DNA from: an uncultured Desulfobacter sp.
Lineage (GTDB): Bacteria > Desulfobacterota > Desulfobacteria > Desulfobacterales > Desulfobacteraceae
Reading direction: 5' to 3'
NCBI GenBank assembly: GCA_963665095.1
Contig: OY762069.1
Span: 4,096,001-4,160,000 of the forward strand
Length of the DNA: 64,000 nucleotides
Every line of letters begins with the position of its first letter. Position 1 is the first letter of the stretch. Below are positions 1-10,007 of the stretch, piece by piece. The notes below the pieces were generated by a model, which was given only the letters and a program-made list of their open reading frames with translations, did not search any database and was not told where the DNA came from. Position numbers and translations under genes: made by a program.

Positions 1-1642
1 CTGTCAGCTCAGACCCCACCTGGGAGGCCAGCCGGATGCGCTGGGATTCCCCTCCGGACAGCGTGGGACCGGACCGGTCCAGGGAGAGGTAATCCAGGCC
101 CACGTTCACCAGAAACCCCAAACGGTCCCGGATCTCCTTGAGCAGTTCAGCGGCAATCAGTTTCTTGCTGCCTGTAAGTTCAAGGCCGGAGATGAAACTA
201 AACGCCTCCCTCACCGTCATTTCAGTGACATCAATGATGGAGTTACCGTTGATCTTTACATGCACAATCTCGTCCCGCAGCCTTCGTCCCTTGCAGGTCG
301 GGCAAAGTGCGGACGTCATAAACTGGGTATAGTATTTTTTCTGGTGTTCGGACTGGGTGTTTTTATACCGGCGCATCAGGGTGTGAATCAGCCCTTCGTG
401 GGTACGGGAAAAGTTCCCCTGGATCTTTGACGAGTTCCACTTCACAGTCATCTGCCGGCTGCCGGAACCATAGAGCAGCAGATCCCGGTCTTTTTCAGGC
501 AGCTTTTTCCATGGGATGTCGAAATCAATTCCCCACTGCTCTTCCATGGCAAGCAGCTGCCCCTTGCCCCAAGAGTTTTCATTGTTGAACCGCGGGTTTT
601 TAATGAAATAATTTTTCCAGGGGATGACAGCGCCCTGGCGGATGGACAGATTGGAATCCGGCACCACCTTGTCCGGGTCCATGGCCAGCAGCGTGCCAAT
701 GCCGTTGCAGTCCGGACACATGCCCAAAGGGGAGTTGAATGAAAAAATCTGGGGGGTAAGCTCCGGATAGGCAATGCCGCAGCAGGATCTGGCCTCACTC
801 ATTTTCAGGTCTTCCCGGCCCAGCATGTGGACAATGAGCTGGCCTGCGCCCAGTTTCAGGGCTGCCTCCACGGAATCGGTGAGCCGCTTCTCAAATGCAG
901 CGTCGGACTTTACCACCAGCCGGTCAATAACCACCTCAATGTGGTGCTTTTTGTTCCGGGCCAGGGACTGGACATTTTCCAGATCCTGGACCACCCCGTC
1001 CACCCGGACCCTGGCATAGCCGTCCCGCTTCAGTTCTTCAAGGCGCTCCCGGTGTTCGCCCTTGCGGTTTTCCACGATGGGGGCCAGAATCAGAATCTTA
1101 GACCCGTTGGGCAGGTCCATGATCTGGGAGACCATGGCCTGGGCATGGCCCCTGCCCACTTTTTTACCGCATTTATAGCAATACTGGGTGCCCACCCGGG
1201 CAAACAGCACCCGCAGATAATCATAAATCTCGGTGATGGTCCCCACCGTGGACCGCGGATTTTTAGACGCAGCCTTCTGCTCAATGGCAATGGTGGGAGA
1301 CAGCCCCCGGATGGTCTCGTAACGCGGTTTTTCCATCTGCCCAATAAACTGCCGGGCATAGGAGGAGAGTGACTCCACATACCGGCGCTGCCCTTCGGCA
1401 AAAATAGTATCAAATGCCAGACTGGACTTGCCGGATCCGGACACGCCCGTCACCACCACCAGCTTTTTCTTAGGAATCTCTACATCGATATTTTTAAGGT
1501 TGTGCTCCTTGGCACCCCGGACAATGATCCGGTCCAGCTCCCTGGTTGCCGCAGGTTCATCAACGGTCCGCAAAGGGGTCACATTACCCGGGGCATCAGA
1601 ACCAATACTGTCATTCACAGCTTCAGCCGTATTTTTTTTCAT
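1..1642 (-). CDS. uvrA: Excinuclease ABC subunit A, 5' part; runs off the window start
   Basis: Manual minus-strand translation from ATG 1642 gives [61 protein letters not shown]...NPRSTVGT, a Zn-finger region ([17 protein letters not shown]) and [17 protein letters not shown]. Absent from the ORF track because no stop codon lies in the window. Confidence 0.96.
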   Translation of the reverse strand, partial: MKKNTAEAVNDSIGSDAPGNVTPLRTVDEPAATRELDRIIVRGAKEHNLKNIDVEIPKKKLVVVTGVSGSGKSSLAFDTIFAEGQRRYVESLSSYARQFIGQMEKPRYETIRGLSPTIAIEQKAASKNPRSTVGTITEIYDYLRVLFARVGTQYCYKCGKKVGRGHAQAMVSQIMDLPNGSKILILAPIVENRKGEHRERLEELKRDGYARVRVDGVVQDLENVQSLARNKKHHIEVVIDRLVVKSDAAFEKRLTDSVEAALKLGAGQLIVHMLGREDLKMSEARSCCGIAYPELTPQIFSFNSPLGMCPDCNGIGTLLAMDPDKVVPDSNLSIRQGAVIPWKNYFIKNPRFNNENSWGKGQLLAMEEQWGIDFDIPWKKLPEKDRDLLLYGSGSRQMTVKWNSSKIQGNFSRTHEGLIHTLMRRYKNTQSEHQKKYYTQFMTSALCPTCKGRRLRDEIVHVKINGNSIIDVTEMTVREAFSFISGLELTGSKKLIAAELLKEIRDRLGFLVNVGLDYLSLDRSGPTLSGGESQRIRLASQVGSELT

Positions 1643-1721
1643 CTCACTTCCAAATTGGGTTTAAGGTCATCCCAACAACGATAATCACCCACCCTGAAAA
1701 GTAAAGCAGGTAACTATATCC

Positions 1722-2592
1722 AAATAATTGGGGTCAGAGTAAAATTAAATATTGAATTTATTAACTACCAGATGATACACAATATTCATGGCCCGATTAC
1801 CTCGAATAGCACCCATAGATATCCCCATTCATATTATCCAGCGGGGAAACAACCGCGACGTATGTTTTGAGGCTGATAAAAATTTTGCCGCCTATACAGG
1901 CTGGCTGAAAGATTACTCAACAAAATACCATGTGGACATTCATGCCTGGGTATTTATGACCAACCATGTTCATCTGCTTTGCACGCCCAGGCAGGAAAAC
2001 GGCATCAGCAGCATGATGCAGGCGCTGGGAAGGCGTTATGTCCGTTATTTTAACCATGAATACAACCGGAGCGGCACCCTTTGGGAAGGCCGTTATAAAT
2101 CCTGCCTGGTTGACTCAGAAAATTATCTCCTTACCTTGTACAGATATATTGAGCTAAACCCGGTCAGAGCAGGCATTGTTAAATCCCCGGAAGCGTATCG
2201 CTGGTCAAGCTATCAGATCAATGCCCTGGGAAAAACATCTGATCTTTGTACACCACATCCGGTGTTCATGATGCTTGGAGAAGACGTCCGGGAACGTTGC
2301 ACCCAATATAAAGCCCTGTGTGCACAGGCGCTTGATAAGCAGGCCATCGAACAAATCCGGCGTGCCACAAATAAGTGCATGGTTGTAGGCAGTGATCAGT
2401 TCCGGCAAAAAATTGAGGTGCTAACCGGTCGACGGACTGTGGAAAAAAAGAGAGGAAGACCGGTTGGGTGGCGGAAATCGTGACGTCAAAAAAAGTTAAA
2501 AACGGCAGATAACTTTGCCCCCAACGCTCTATAAATTGATCGGATCCTTCCTTTCGGAGCGGCATTTAATTTTACTCTGACCCCAATTATTT
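1722..2592. mobile_element. Transposase cassette bounded by perfect 29-bp inverted repeats
   Basis: AAATAATTGGGGTCAGAGTAAAATTAAAT at 1722-1750 and its exact reverse complement at 2564-2592 enclose the HUH transposase gene. Confidence 0.8.
1788..2483 (+). CDS. REP-associated-type tyrosine (HUH/Y1) transposase, RAYT/TnpA-REP family
   Basis: MARLPR...HIIQRGNNR, HUH motif MTNHVHLL, GTLWEGRYKS, YIELNPVRAG, YRWSSY and C-terminal RGRP. Confidence 0.92.
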   Translation: MARLPRIAPIDIPIHIIQRGNNRDVCFEADKNFAAYTGWLKDYSTKYHVDIHAWVFMTNHVHLLCTPRQENGISSMMQALGRRYVRYFNHEYNRSGTLWEGRYKSCLVDSENYLLTLYRYIELNPVRAGIVKSPEAYRWSSYQINALGKTSDLCTPHPVFMMLGEDVRERCTQYKALCAQALDKQAIEQIRRATNKCMVVGSDQFRQKIEVLTGRRTVEKKRGRPVGWRKS

Positions 2593-2603
2593 AAGGATAT
2601 CAC

Positions 2604-3653
2604 ATGAGCCGTGAGTACCCGTTTGAAACTGGTGTTTATCGTCCGCCCAGTGAGGGGGGCAGTGCTTCTCTGCTGGTTCGGTTTACCCGGAACTGTCCCT
2701 GGAACCACTGCACCTTCTGCTTTATGTATAAGAAAGAGAAATTCAGCTTAAGGTCTGTGGATGAAATTAAAACAGATATCAATGCCATGGCAGACCTTGT
2801 TCTGGATCTTCAGAGCGAGTCAAAGGCCCTTGGGCACGGGGGCCAGGTTACGCGGGAGGCCATTCTGGCTTTGTTAAAAAAGGCACCGTCCCTGAATTAC
2901 CACCAGGGAGCGGATATGCTGATCCAGTGGATGGCTGCCGGCGGCAGGACCGCATTTTTGCAGGACGGCAACTCCCTGATTATGCCGCCGGAGGATCTTA
3001 TTGCGGCCCTGGCTTATCTTAAAGAAACCTTTCCCTCTATTGAACGGATCACCACCTATGCCAGGGCTCGGACCCTGGCCCAGCGCTCTCCTGAAGATTT
3101 AAAGGCCATACGGGCGGCCGGCCTGGACCGGCTTCATCTTGGGCTTGAATCCGGAGATGACGCCCTGCTCAAGCTGATTAAAAAAGGGGTGACAGCTGAG
3201 GGCCACATTGAGGGTGGTCAAAAGGCCATGGACGCCGGATTCCAGGTATCGGAATACTGGATGCCCGGCCTTGGCGGTAATGAAATGACGGAACAGCACG
3301 CTGAAAATACCGCCCGTGTACTCAGCGCCATCAATCCACATTATATCCGGTCCCGACCATTCCGCCCCAGTCCCGGCACACCTATCTTTGATCAGGTCAG
3401 CCAGGGCCAGATCACCATGCTTAATCCCAGGGATGAACTTCTGGAACTCCAGCGCATGGTCCAGGCCCTGGATGTGACCTCAAAGGTCTGCTTTGACCAT
3501 ATGGGCAACTACTGGCGCACCGCATCCGGGGAGCTCGTTTTTCACCATGAGTATGAGGGCTACCAGTTTCCGGACGAAAAACAGGCTGTCCTGGACCGCA
3601 TTGAACTGGGGCTGGCTTTTGAACAGACACCGGTCCAGTTTCTTCATATGTAA
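2604..3653 (+). CDS. Radical SAM protein, function unknown
   Basis: CPWNHCTFC CxxxCxxC motif, YRPPSE N-terminus, LHLGLESG. Confidence 0.85.
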   Translation: MSREYPFETGVYRPPSEGGSASLLVRFTRNCPWNHCTFCFMYKKEKFSLRSVDEIKTDINAMADLVLDLQSESKALGHGGQVTREAILALLKKAPSLNYHQGADMLIQWMAAGGRTAFLQDGNSLIMPPEDLIAALAYLKETFPSIERITTYARARTLAQRSPEDLKAIRAAGLDRLHLGLESGDDALLKLIKKGVTAEGHIEGGQKAMDAGFQVSEYWMPGLGGNEMTEQHAENTARVLSAINPHYIRSRPFRPSPGTPIFDQVSQGQITMLNPRDELLELQRMVQALDVTSKVCFDHMGNYWRTASGELVFHHEYEGYQFPDEKQAVLDRIELGLAFEQTPVQFLHM

Positions 3654-3659
3654 AAAAAT

Positions 3660-3687
3660 AAATCCGGAGCCTTGAGGCTCCGGATTT
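3660..3687. terminator. Probable bidirectional intrinsic terminator
   Basis: Hairpin AAATCCGGAGCC-TTGA-GGCTCCGGATTT between convergent genes. Confidence 0.75.
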
Positions 3688-3712
3688 AAGAATGCCGATT
3701 TGCTATAATCAA

Positions 3713-4237
3713 TTACTCTTCATTTATAGGAACCAGGAAAATCGGCCACTGGCTCTGTTTTATAATCTGCTTGGCTGACCCGCCTGTCAGGGATTTAAGG
3801 ATGGAACCTTTTTTATGATAGCCCATGGCCACCATATCGCAGCGGTGCAGGCGGGCGGTTTCAACGATAATCCGGGCAGGATTCCCGTACTGGACATCAA
3901 TGGTGTCAATCTGCACGGACTTTTCAATACTGCCCATTTTTTCATGGGTATCCTCACATAACTGCTGCAGGGCGTTCTGGATCGCTAATATCCCTTTGCG
4001 TTTACCAATAAGTACACTTTTCAGCTTATCCTCATTCTCTTTGCGGATCTTTTCATACTGCTCCCGGTCCACCAGATGTACCAGCCGGTCCTGGGAACTT
4101 GACGACCTGTCCTCAATCACATGAAGAATAACAATGGCAGCGCCTGTCTGGGCCGCCAGAACCACGGTCTGCTCAAAAACCACCACAGAGCTTTTGGACA
4201 AATCCGTTGTATAAAGGATCTTTTTTATCTGTTTCAT
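3713..4237 (-). CDS. Universal stress protein (USP), last gene of the TRAP operon
   Basis: KKILYTTDLS...LHVIE...GNPARIIVE...CDMVAMG...GGSAKQII...PIFLVP. Confidence 0.9.
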   Translation of the reverse strand: MKQIKKILYTTDLSKSSVVVFEQTVVLAAQTGAAIVILHVIEDRSSSSQDRLVHLVDREQYEKIRKENEDKLKSVLIGKRKGILAIQNALQQLCEDTHEKMGSIEKSVQIDTIDVQYGNPARIIVETARLHRCDMVAMGYHKKGSILKSLTGGSAKQIIKQSQWPIFLVPINEE

Positions 4238-4263
4238 AATCTATTCTCCTTATACATGAACAG

Positions 4264-5640
4264 CTATCGCATCAGCCCGGGCAGCCAGGTGGCAATGGGG
4301 GGATGGATGATGAGCAGAACCAGGACCACCAGCAGCACCACAATGGGCATGATAGCCCCGCGGACCACAGTCTGGAAAGGAATCGCCCCGATCTGGGAAA
4401 CAATATATAAAATGCCGCCCATGGGGGGCGTGATCAACCCCAGGTTCACATTAATCAGCAGGATCATGGCAAACCAGATATTGTTCCACTCCATGTGCAG
4501 CACCACTGGGTACAGCAGCGGGATGGCAAGATACATCAAGGAGACACTCTCCATGAACATGCCAAGAATAAAGAGGAAAACCACCACCATGAACAACAGC
4601 AGCTCCGGGGGCAGATTCCGGGCGATGATCAGCTCCAGAATCTGCTGAGGCACACGCCCGAAAATTGCGCCCTGGGAAAGCATGGCTCCGCCAATAACCA
4701 CAAGGGATATCATTGATGAGACCAACGTGGCGGACATCACCACTTCCCACAATTTTTTCAAATTCAGGGTTTTATAAATCAGCACCCCGATCAGCACACA
4801 GTAAACCACGGCCACGGCAGCAGCTTCATTGGCTGTAAAGATACCCAGGTAGATGCCACCCAGAATAATTACCGGTGCCAGCAACCCCCAAAAGGCATCC
4901 TTCAGGGCAGCAATCCGGTTGAATTCATCCTCTGCGATGTCAGGACTTTCAGAAAGTGCCATTTCCCGGGATACTGATTCGGTCGATCCGCCGGCCCCAT
5001 CCACTGACACAACAGCCACCTCTGGATAGGTCTGAGATCCGGCCTTTCCCGGAAATAACGCCAGGGCCAGGGCATATAAAAACATGAGCAGAATGCCCGG
5101 TACTACCCCGGCCATGAACAGCGCACCAATGGACTCATCCGTAAGAAAACCATAAATAATCAGAACCAGGCTGGGTGGAATTACGGCCCCTAAAGACCCG
5201 CCTGCGCAAATGGCTGACGAAATGGCGGCATCGCTGAATTTTGCCCGCCGTAATTCTGGAATGGCTATCAGCCCCATGGTGGAGGCCGCCACAAAACTGG
5301 AGCCGGTCATGGCCGAAAACACGCCTGAACTGGCAATGGTAGCTGCGCCCAAGCCTGCCCTGGAACGTCCCATCACTGCCCTGGCCGCATCAAATAGCCG
5401 TTTGCCCATACCCGTGGCAGAGATGAGCTGGGCAGCCAGAACAAAAAGTGGAATCGCCACCAGCACATCTGTATTCAGCGATGCATAGGCCTTTTCAACT
5501 CCAATATTCAGGGCAGTTTCAGGTCCCGCATACAGAGTGAGCAGCGTAAAGGCCAGCACCCCGAGCCCGAATCCCACAGGCAGGCCGCTGAACAGAACAA
5601 GCAGGAAAACCAAAATAAACCCGATGATATATAGCGTCAT
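4264..5640 (-). CDS. dctM: TRAP transporter large permease (DctM family)
   Basis: AIPLFVLA, FSAMTGSS, GAVIPPS, GIFTANEAAAVA, LGLITPPMG. Confidence 0.93.
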   Translation of the reverse strand: MTLYIIGFILVFLLVLFSGLPVGFGLGVLAFTLLTLYAGPETALNIGVEKAYASLNTDVLVAIPLFVLAAQLISATGMGKRLFDAARAVMGRSRAGLGAATIASSGVFSAMTGSSFVAASTMGLIAIPELRRAKFSDAAISSAICAGGSLGAVIPPSLVLIIYGFLTDESIGALFMAGVVPGILLMFLYALALALFPGKAGSQTYPEVAVVSVDGAGGSTESVSREMALSESPDIAEDEFNRIAALKDAFWGLLAPVIILGGIYLGIFTANEAAAVAVVYCVLIGVLIYKTLNLKKLWEVVMSATLVSSMISLVVIGGAMLSQGAIFGRVPQQILELIIARNLPPELLLFMVVVFLFILGMFMESVSLMYLAIPLLYPVVLHMEWNNIWFAMILLINVNLGLITPPMGGILYIVSQIGAIPFQTVVRGAIMPIVVLLVVLVLLIIHPPIATWLPGLMR

Positions 5641-5687
5641 AACGTATCCTTTTTAGGGTAAACAGCACTGCTTTTTCAGCCGGACTG

Positions 5688-6200
5688 TCAGACCTGCTTC
5701 AGGTCACTCACATCCTGGGCAAGCTTATTGATAAACTGCAGGGTGAGCAATGCTCCGCCAATTGGCAATAGAGACCAGGGAATCCATAAAGGGGTTGCCA
5801 GCATCCCACTGCTGACATCCTCAATGTCATATGCAAACCAGGCCAGTTCCACCCCCTTATATATAAATGTACTTGAATAAAGGGCACCCAGGATATCGGT
5901 AATAATCTTTAACCGGATGCGGTTTTTAGATGTCAGGCGGTCCGTAAGCATGGTTATGGAAAAATGGCTGTTATTCTTCAACCCAAAGGCCAGACTCAGA
6001 AATCCTAAACCCATGCACAGATAAACGCTCATCTCACCCACCCAGACCGTGGGTGAGTTGAACAGGTACCGCAAGCAGACTTCCAGCACAATGATACAGG
6101 TCACGCAGATAAGACATACCGCAGCAATTACGCCGCCGGCAGTGCACACCCAGTCAATCCATTGAAACAGAAAAAATCGTTTTTTGAGGGATGTTGTCAT
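5688..6200 (-). CDS. dctQ: TRAP transporter small permease (DctQ family)
   Basis: Four TM segments, EVCLRYLFNSPTVWVGE, position between dctP and dctM. Confidence 0.9.
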   Translation of the reverse strand: MTTSLKKRFFLFQWIDWVCTAGGVIAAVCLICVTCIIVLEVCLRYLFNSPTVWVGEMSVYLCMGLGFLSLAFGLKNNSHFSITMLTDRLTSKNRIRLKIITDILGALYSSTFIYKGVELAWFAYDIEDVSSGMLATPLWIPWSLLPIGGALLTLQFINKLAQDVSDLKQV

Positions 6201-6226
6201 AAGTCCTCCCTGGTATCTGCCCTGAT

Positions 6227-7267
6227 TTATGGACGGGCACAGTTTATTTCAAGCAGGCGCTTTGCATCCTTACCGTTTTCGTCTGCCCAGGCATTCCAGT
6301 ACTTTGAGGAGACCTCAATGATTTTATTCCTCTCTTCAGGGGCAAGCGTAGTGACTGTGGCCCCGATTTTTGACAGCTCGCCGGTAAACTTTTGTTCCCA
6401 GCCCTTGGATGTTGCCAGGGTGACGGCTTCCTGTTTTTTACCCAGTGACACCAGCGTTTCCTGAACATCTCCTGGAAGCTTTTTCCAGACCTTAAGGTTC
6501 ATGCAGACAAGGATGGTGGGGTGACTCATGTTCATTTTGGTGATATAGGGCGCCACTTCAAAAGATTTCTGAAAATAGCCGCCGACAATGGAGGTGGCCA
6601 TGGAGTCTGAAACCGACCGTTTCAGTGCCATGTACCACTCTGTCTGAGGAATGGACGCATCGGGCGCCGCCCCGAGTGCCACCATAATTTCGCTAAAAAT
6701 GGGACTGGAGGATAGAACGCGCAACCCTTTAAAATCCTCAATTGTGCTGATAGTACCCTTGTTGCTGAAAATTTGAACCGGATCCAGATAGCTTGTGTAT
6801 ATGAGCTTTAAACGTTTTTTCTCCATGGCTTTCTCTATAATGGACAGGGATTCCCCACTGTATGCTTTGGCCACGTCATCCACGCTTTCAAAGGCAAAGG
6901 GAAGATACACACCCTGCACCATGGGCACCATGGCCAGCATGGCCGGCTGAAGAATTACGCCTATGTCCACCAAGCCCTTTGCTACAGCCTTGTGAACATC
7001 AGACGGGCCATAAAGCTGGCCACCGGGATAGTCAACAATCTTATAGCGACCTGCCAGGGCCTGATTTACCTCGTTAATCCAGACACCCCGGGCCTGGGCA
7101 ACAAAATGCTGGGCCGGCCCCCAGGATGCAAGCTTGAGTTCAGCTTCCTTGGCAGGCAGACTACCAGCAACACATACAACAGCCATGACAACAGTTAAGA
7201 TCGTCCATACACATTTTTTCATTACATTCTGCTCCTTTTTACCAAGCTGGTTAAATTTTTCAGACAT
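6227..7267 (-). CDS. dctP: TRAP solute-binding protein (DctP family); true start may be MKKCVW near 7222
   Basis: Signal peptide, YPGGQLYG, EDFKGLRV, WKKLPGDVQ. Confidence 0.88.
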   Translation of the reverse strand: MSEKFNQLGKKEQNVMKKCVWTILTVVMAVVCVAGSLPAKEAELKLASWGPAQHFVAQARGVWINEVNQALAGRYKIVDYPGGQLYGPSDVHKAVAKGLVDIGVILQPAMLAMVPMVQGVYLPFAFESVDDVAKAYSGESLSIIEKAMEKKRLKLIYTSYLDPVQIFSNKGTISTIEDFKGLRVLSSSPIFSEIMVALGAAPDASIPQTEWYMALKRSVSDSMATSIVGGYFQKSFEVAPYITKMNMSHPTILVCMNLKVWKKLPGDVQETLVSLGKKQEAVTLATSKGWEQKFTGELSKIGATVTTLAPEERNKIIEVSSKYWNAWADENGKDAKRLLEINCARP

Positions 7268-7335
7268 TTAAGCCCCAATTTCACGCAAACCACGATCCTT
7301 ATTAGGACAAAAAGCGGTCCCATGTCAAGAAAATG

Positions 7336-7363
7336 TGAACGAAGTTAATATTAACTTCATTAA
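7336..7363. promoter_or_regulatory. Palindromic putative operator upstream of dctP
   Basis: Perfect 18-bp palindrome GAAGTTAATATTAACTTC at 7341-7358, made of two inverted TTAAC-N3-GTTAA-like units. Confidence 0.5.
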
Positions 7364-7428
7364 TTAATATTTAATAAGATAACACATTGTTAATACGCAT
7401 AATATATTAGCCGAATATAAATAACGAA

Positions 7429-8610
7429 TTAAATAACTTCAACAATAAAGGCGTGCCCTGGCCCGCCGCTGGCACACAGGGCAGCACAGCCGAATTGCTG
7501 GTTTCTCAGGCGAAGCTGATTAATCATGGTAACCAGCAGACGTACACCCGTGGCCCCCACCGGATGCCCAAGACTAATACCTGAGCCTGCCGCATTAATC
7601 CGCTCCCTGTCCAACCCGAACTCCCTATTGCAGCCGATAATCTGGGCAGCAAAGGCCTCATTGAATTCAAAATAGTCAATCGCTTCCAGGGACATGCCGG
7701 CAAAATCCAGAGCATGTCTCACCGCCGGCACCACCCCCATCCCCATGATTCGAGGCGCCACAGACCCCGGCGCAGACGCCACAACACGAGCCAGCGGAGA
7801 CACCCCCAATTCCCTTGCCCTGTCCGCACTCATCATGATGACACAGGCCCCTGCATCATTCAGACCTGATGCATTACCGGCAGTCACCGTACCCCCCTTC
7901 TTAAACACGGGTTTCAGGCGAGCCAGAGACTCCATAGTCGTATCTGCCCTGGGGTGTTCATCAGTATCGAACACCACAGTCCCTTTCCGGGTCTTAATTT
8001 CCACGGAAACAATCTCATTCTTGAACCAGCCTGTCTCAATGGCCTTCACTGCCCGCTGATGACTCATGAGCGCCCATTCATCCTGCTCTTCCCGGGAAAT
8101 ATCATATTGCTCGGAAATATTTTCTGCCGTCACTCCCATATGATACCCCAGCAGGGCATCCACAAGACCACCAATCATCAGGCTGTCCTGGACCTGCTCA
8201 CCATCATTAAGTCGATAGCCCTTACGCGCACCCATAAGCAGATAGGGTGCATTGGTCATACTTTCCACGCCCACAGCCGCACCAGCATCCACCTTTCCCA
8301 GCATGATCTCCTGGGCCAGCAACTCAGCCCCACGCATGGAGGAGGCACACTGCTGGTGCACAGTAAAAGCAAAGGACGCCTCGGAAAGCCCGGCCCCCAT
8401 GGCAACATGACGTGCCGTGTTACCCGGTGACCCGGCCTGATTGCACTGACCGCAGACCACCTCCTGCAGGACCGCCTTGTCAATACCTGCTTTTTCCACC
8501 GCCCCGTTCAAAGCTATGATCCCCAGATCCACTGCGCCTCTCCCCGACAGTGATCCCATATATCCGCCAATGGCCGTCCTGGCACATCCTACAATTACGA
8601 CATCATTCAT
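7429..8610 (-). CDS. Thiolase (acetyl-CoA C-acyltransferase)
   Basis: RTAIG, QQCASS (catalytic Cys), VTAGNASGLNDAG, NEAFAAQ, GHPVGATG, C-terminal CASGGPG. Confidence 0.93.
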   Translation of the reverse strand: MNDVVIVGCARTAIGGYMGSLSGRGAVDLGIIALNGAVEKAGIDKAVLQEVVCGQCNQAGSPGNTARHVAMGAGLSEASFAFTVHQQCASSMRGAELLAQEIMLGKVDAGAAVGVESMTNAPYLLMGARKGYRLNDGEQVQDSLMIGGLVDALLGYHMGVTAENISEQYDISREEQDEWALMSHQRAVKAIETGWFKNEIVSVEIKTRKGTVVFDTDEHPRADTTMESLARLKPVFKKGGTVTAGNASGLNDAGACVIMMSADRARELGVSPLARVVASAPGSVAPRIMGMGVVPAVRHALDFAGMSLEAIDYFEFNEAFAAQIIGCNREFGLDRERINAAGSGISLGHPVGATGVRLLVTMINQLRLRNQQFGCAALCASGGPGHAFIVEVI

Positions 8611-8710
8611 AACATCACCTCATTGTTTTAATGATAAGTTTATAAATCATAAAATAAAATACGATGTATACACTTATCCCTTACAAATCAATATTATTCA
8701 AGCTTTTTAA

Positions 8711-8750
8711 TTAACAAGGTTAATAAAAATTATTAATTAACGAAATTAAC
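8711..8750. promoter_or_regulatory. Two TTAAC-N3-GTTAA-like sites upstream of the thiolase
   Basis: TTAACAAGGTTAAT at 8711-8724 and TTAACGAAATTAAC at 8737-8750, same pattern as upstream of dctP. Confidence 0.4.
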
Positions 8751-8862
8751 ATAAAGGCGTTGAAAATCAGATAAAAATCGCATATCTTCTTTATGGCTTG
8801 CAGCGGGGCCCATAAAAAAACCATGGCATAATCAAGACATAGTGGGATGATAATCAATACAA

Positions 8863-9075
8863 ATGAGACACTTTAACATAAGGCAACTGAAAGAAGATGA
8901 TTCTCTGGAAGCACTGACAGATCTTATTCATCGTGCATACAGACAACTGGCGGGCATTGGCTTTCGATACTGGGGAACCCACCAGAGCGTTGAAGATACA
9001 AAAAAACGGATTTCAAAAGGCCGCTGTTATGTGGGATTACTGGATGATAAAACGTACATTCCGCACTCGATTTGA
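8863..9075 (+). pseudogene. Truncated GNAT acetyltransferase (N-terminal half only)
   Basis: IRQLKEDDSLEALTDLIHRAY...QSVEDTKKRI...CYVG, ending before the acetyl-CoA-binding motif. Confidence 0.6.
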
Positions 9076-9199
9076 TGGTTTTTTGACAATTTATCCGACG
9101 GCTTCATAACTTTTACGGTACAAAAAAGCATTCTGGAGTGACGTCCAAGGCTCTAAGGCACTGCACTTGAGTATCATTTAGCGGCTTTGCTAATTTTCG

Positions 9200-9732
9200 T
9201 TGTCTTCCAAGGACCGGATTCGGTCCGAATTCGGGGAGACAGGTCTTACCGATTATGCCGAGGCCTATGGCCGGTTGGGTGCCATCACCGATGATACCCA
9301 GATGACCCTGTTCACTGCTGAAGGGCTGATTCTGTCAAAAGTGCGCCAGAAGTATGCCGGGGAACAGCTGCCTGTCCTCCCTGAAAAGCGGAAAAATGGG
9401 GACAATGGGCCATTGGCGACGCCGTTGATGTTGTGGGGAAACAGCCCCCCGAACCTGAAACCATAGAAAACCTCGGCGCTGGCTGGATCGCTGAAGAGGC
9501 CCTGGCCATAAGTCTTTTCTGCAGCCTTACGGCCCAGGATGATTTCGAAAAAGGCCTGCTTCTTTCCGTGAATCATTCCGGAGACAGTGATTCCACAGGT
9601 TCAATTACAGGCAACATTATGGGGGCCTTATACGGCCTCGATAGCGTCCCGGAAAAATGGCTGGCCCCGCTTGAGTTAAGGTCATTAATCACTGACACCG
9701 CCATGGATCTGTTTGAACACTTAGATACCTGA
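9200..9732 (+). pseudogene. ADP-ribosylglycohydrolase remnant (two fragments in different frames, middle missing)
   Basis: Fragment 1 has GAITDDTQMTLFTAEGL; fragment 2 has [13 protein letters not shown] and [20 protein letters not shown]. Confidence 0.85.
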
Positions 9733-10007
9733 TTAAGGCCCCGGCGAACTCTTTGTTATATTTGAGATTTTTTTTCGTATATTGTTTTGATATAATAGAA
9801 ATTCGTTACACCTGTTTGCCTTAAATGAAATTCCGGTCCGAATCGTTCTCACGCTCTTTTTCTCCATCTGATTTCCATGCTGTTTCTCTACTTCGGGCAT
9901 GAACTGAATACGAAAAATAAACGAAATAAAAACAGATATCTTTATTCAACGGCATTGCAAGTTTAAAGAAAACGAAACAGCCATTTTCGTATTAATGAGA
10001 AAGGGTT

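Noticed and set aside
138..1684. Several short ORFs in the track over 138-1684
   Set aside because: Shadow frames of uvrA, which is open on the minus strand from 1642 to the window edge
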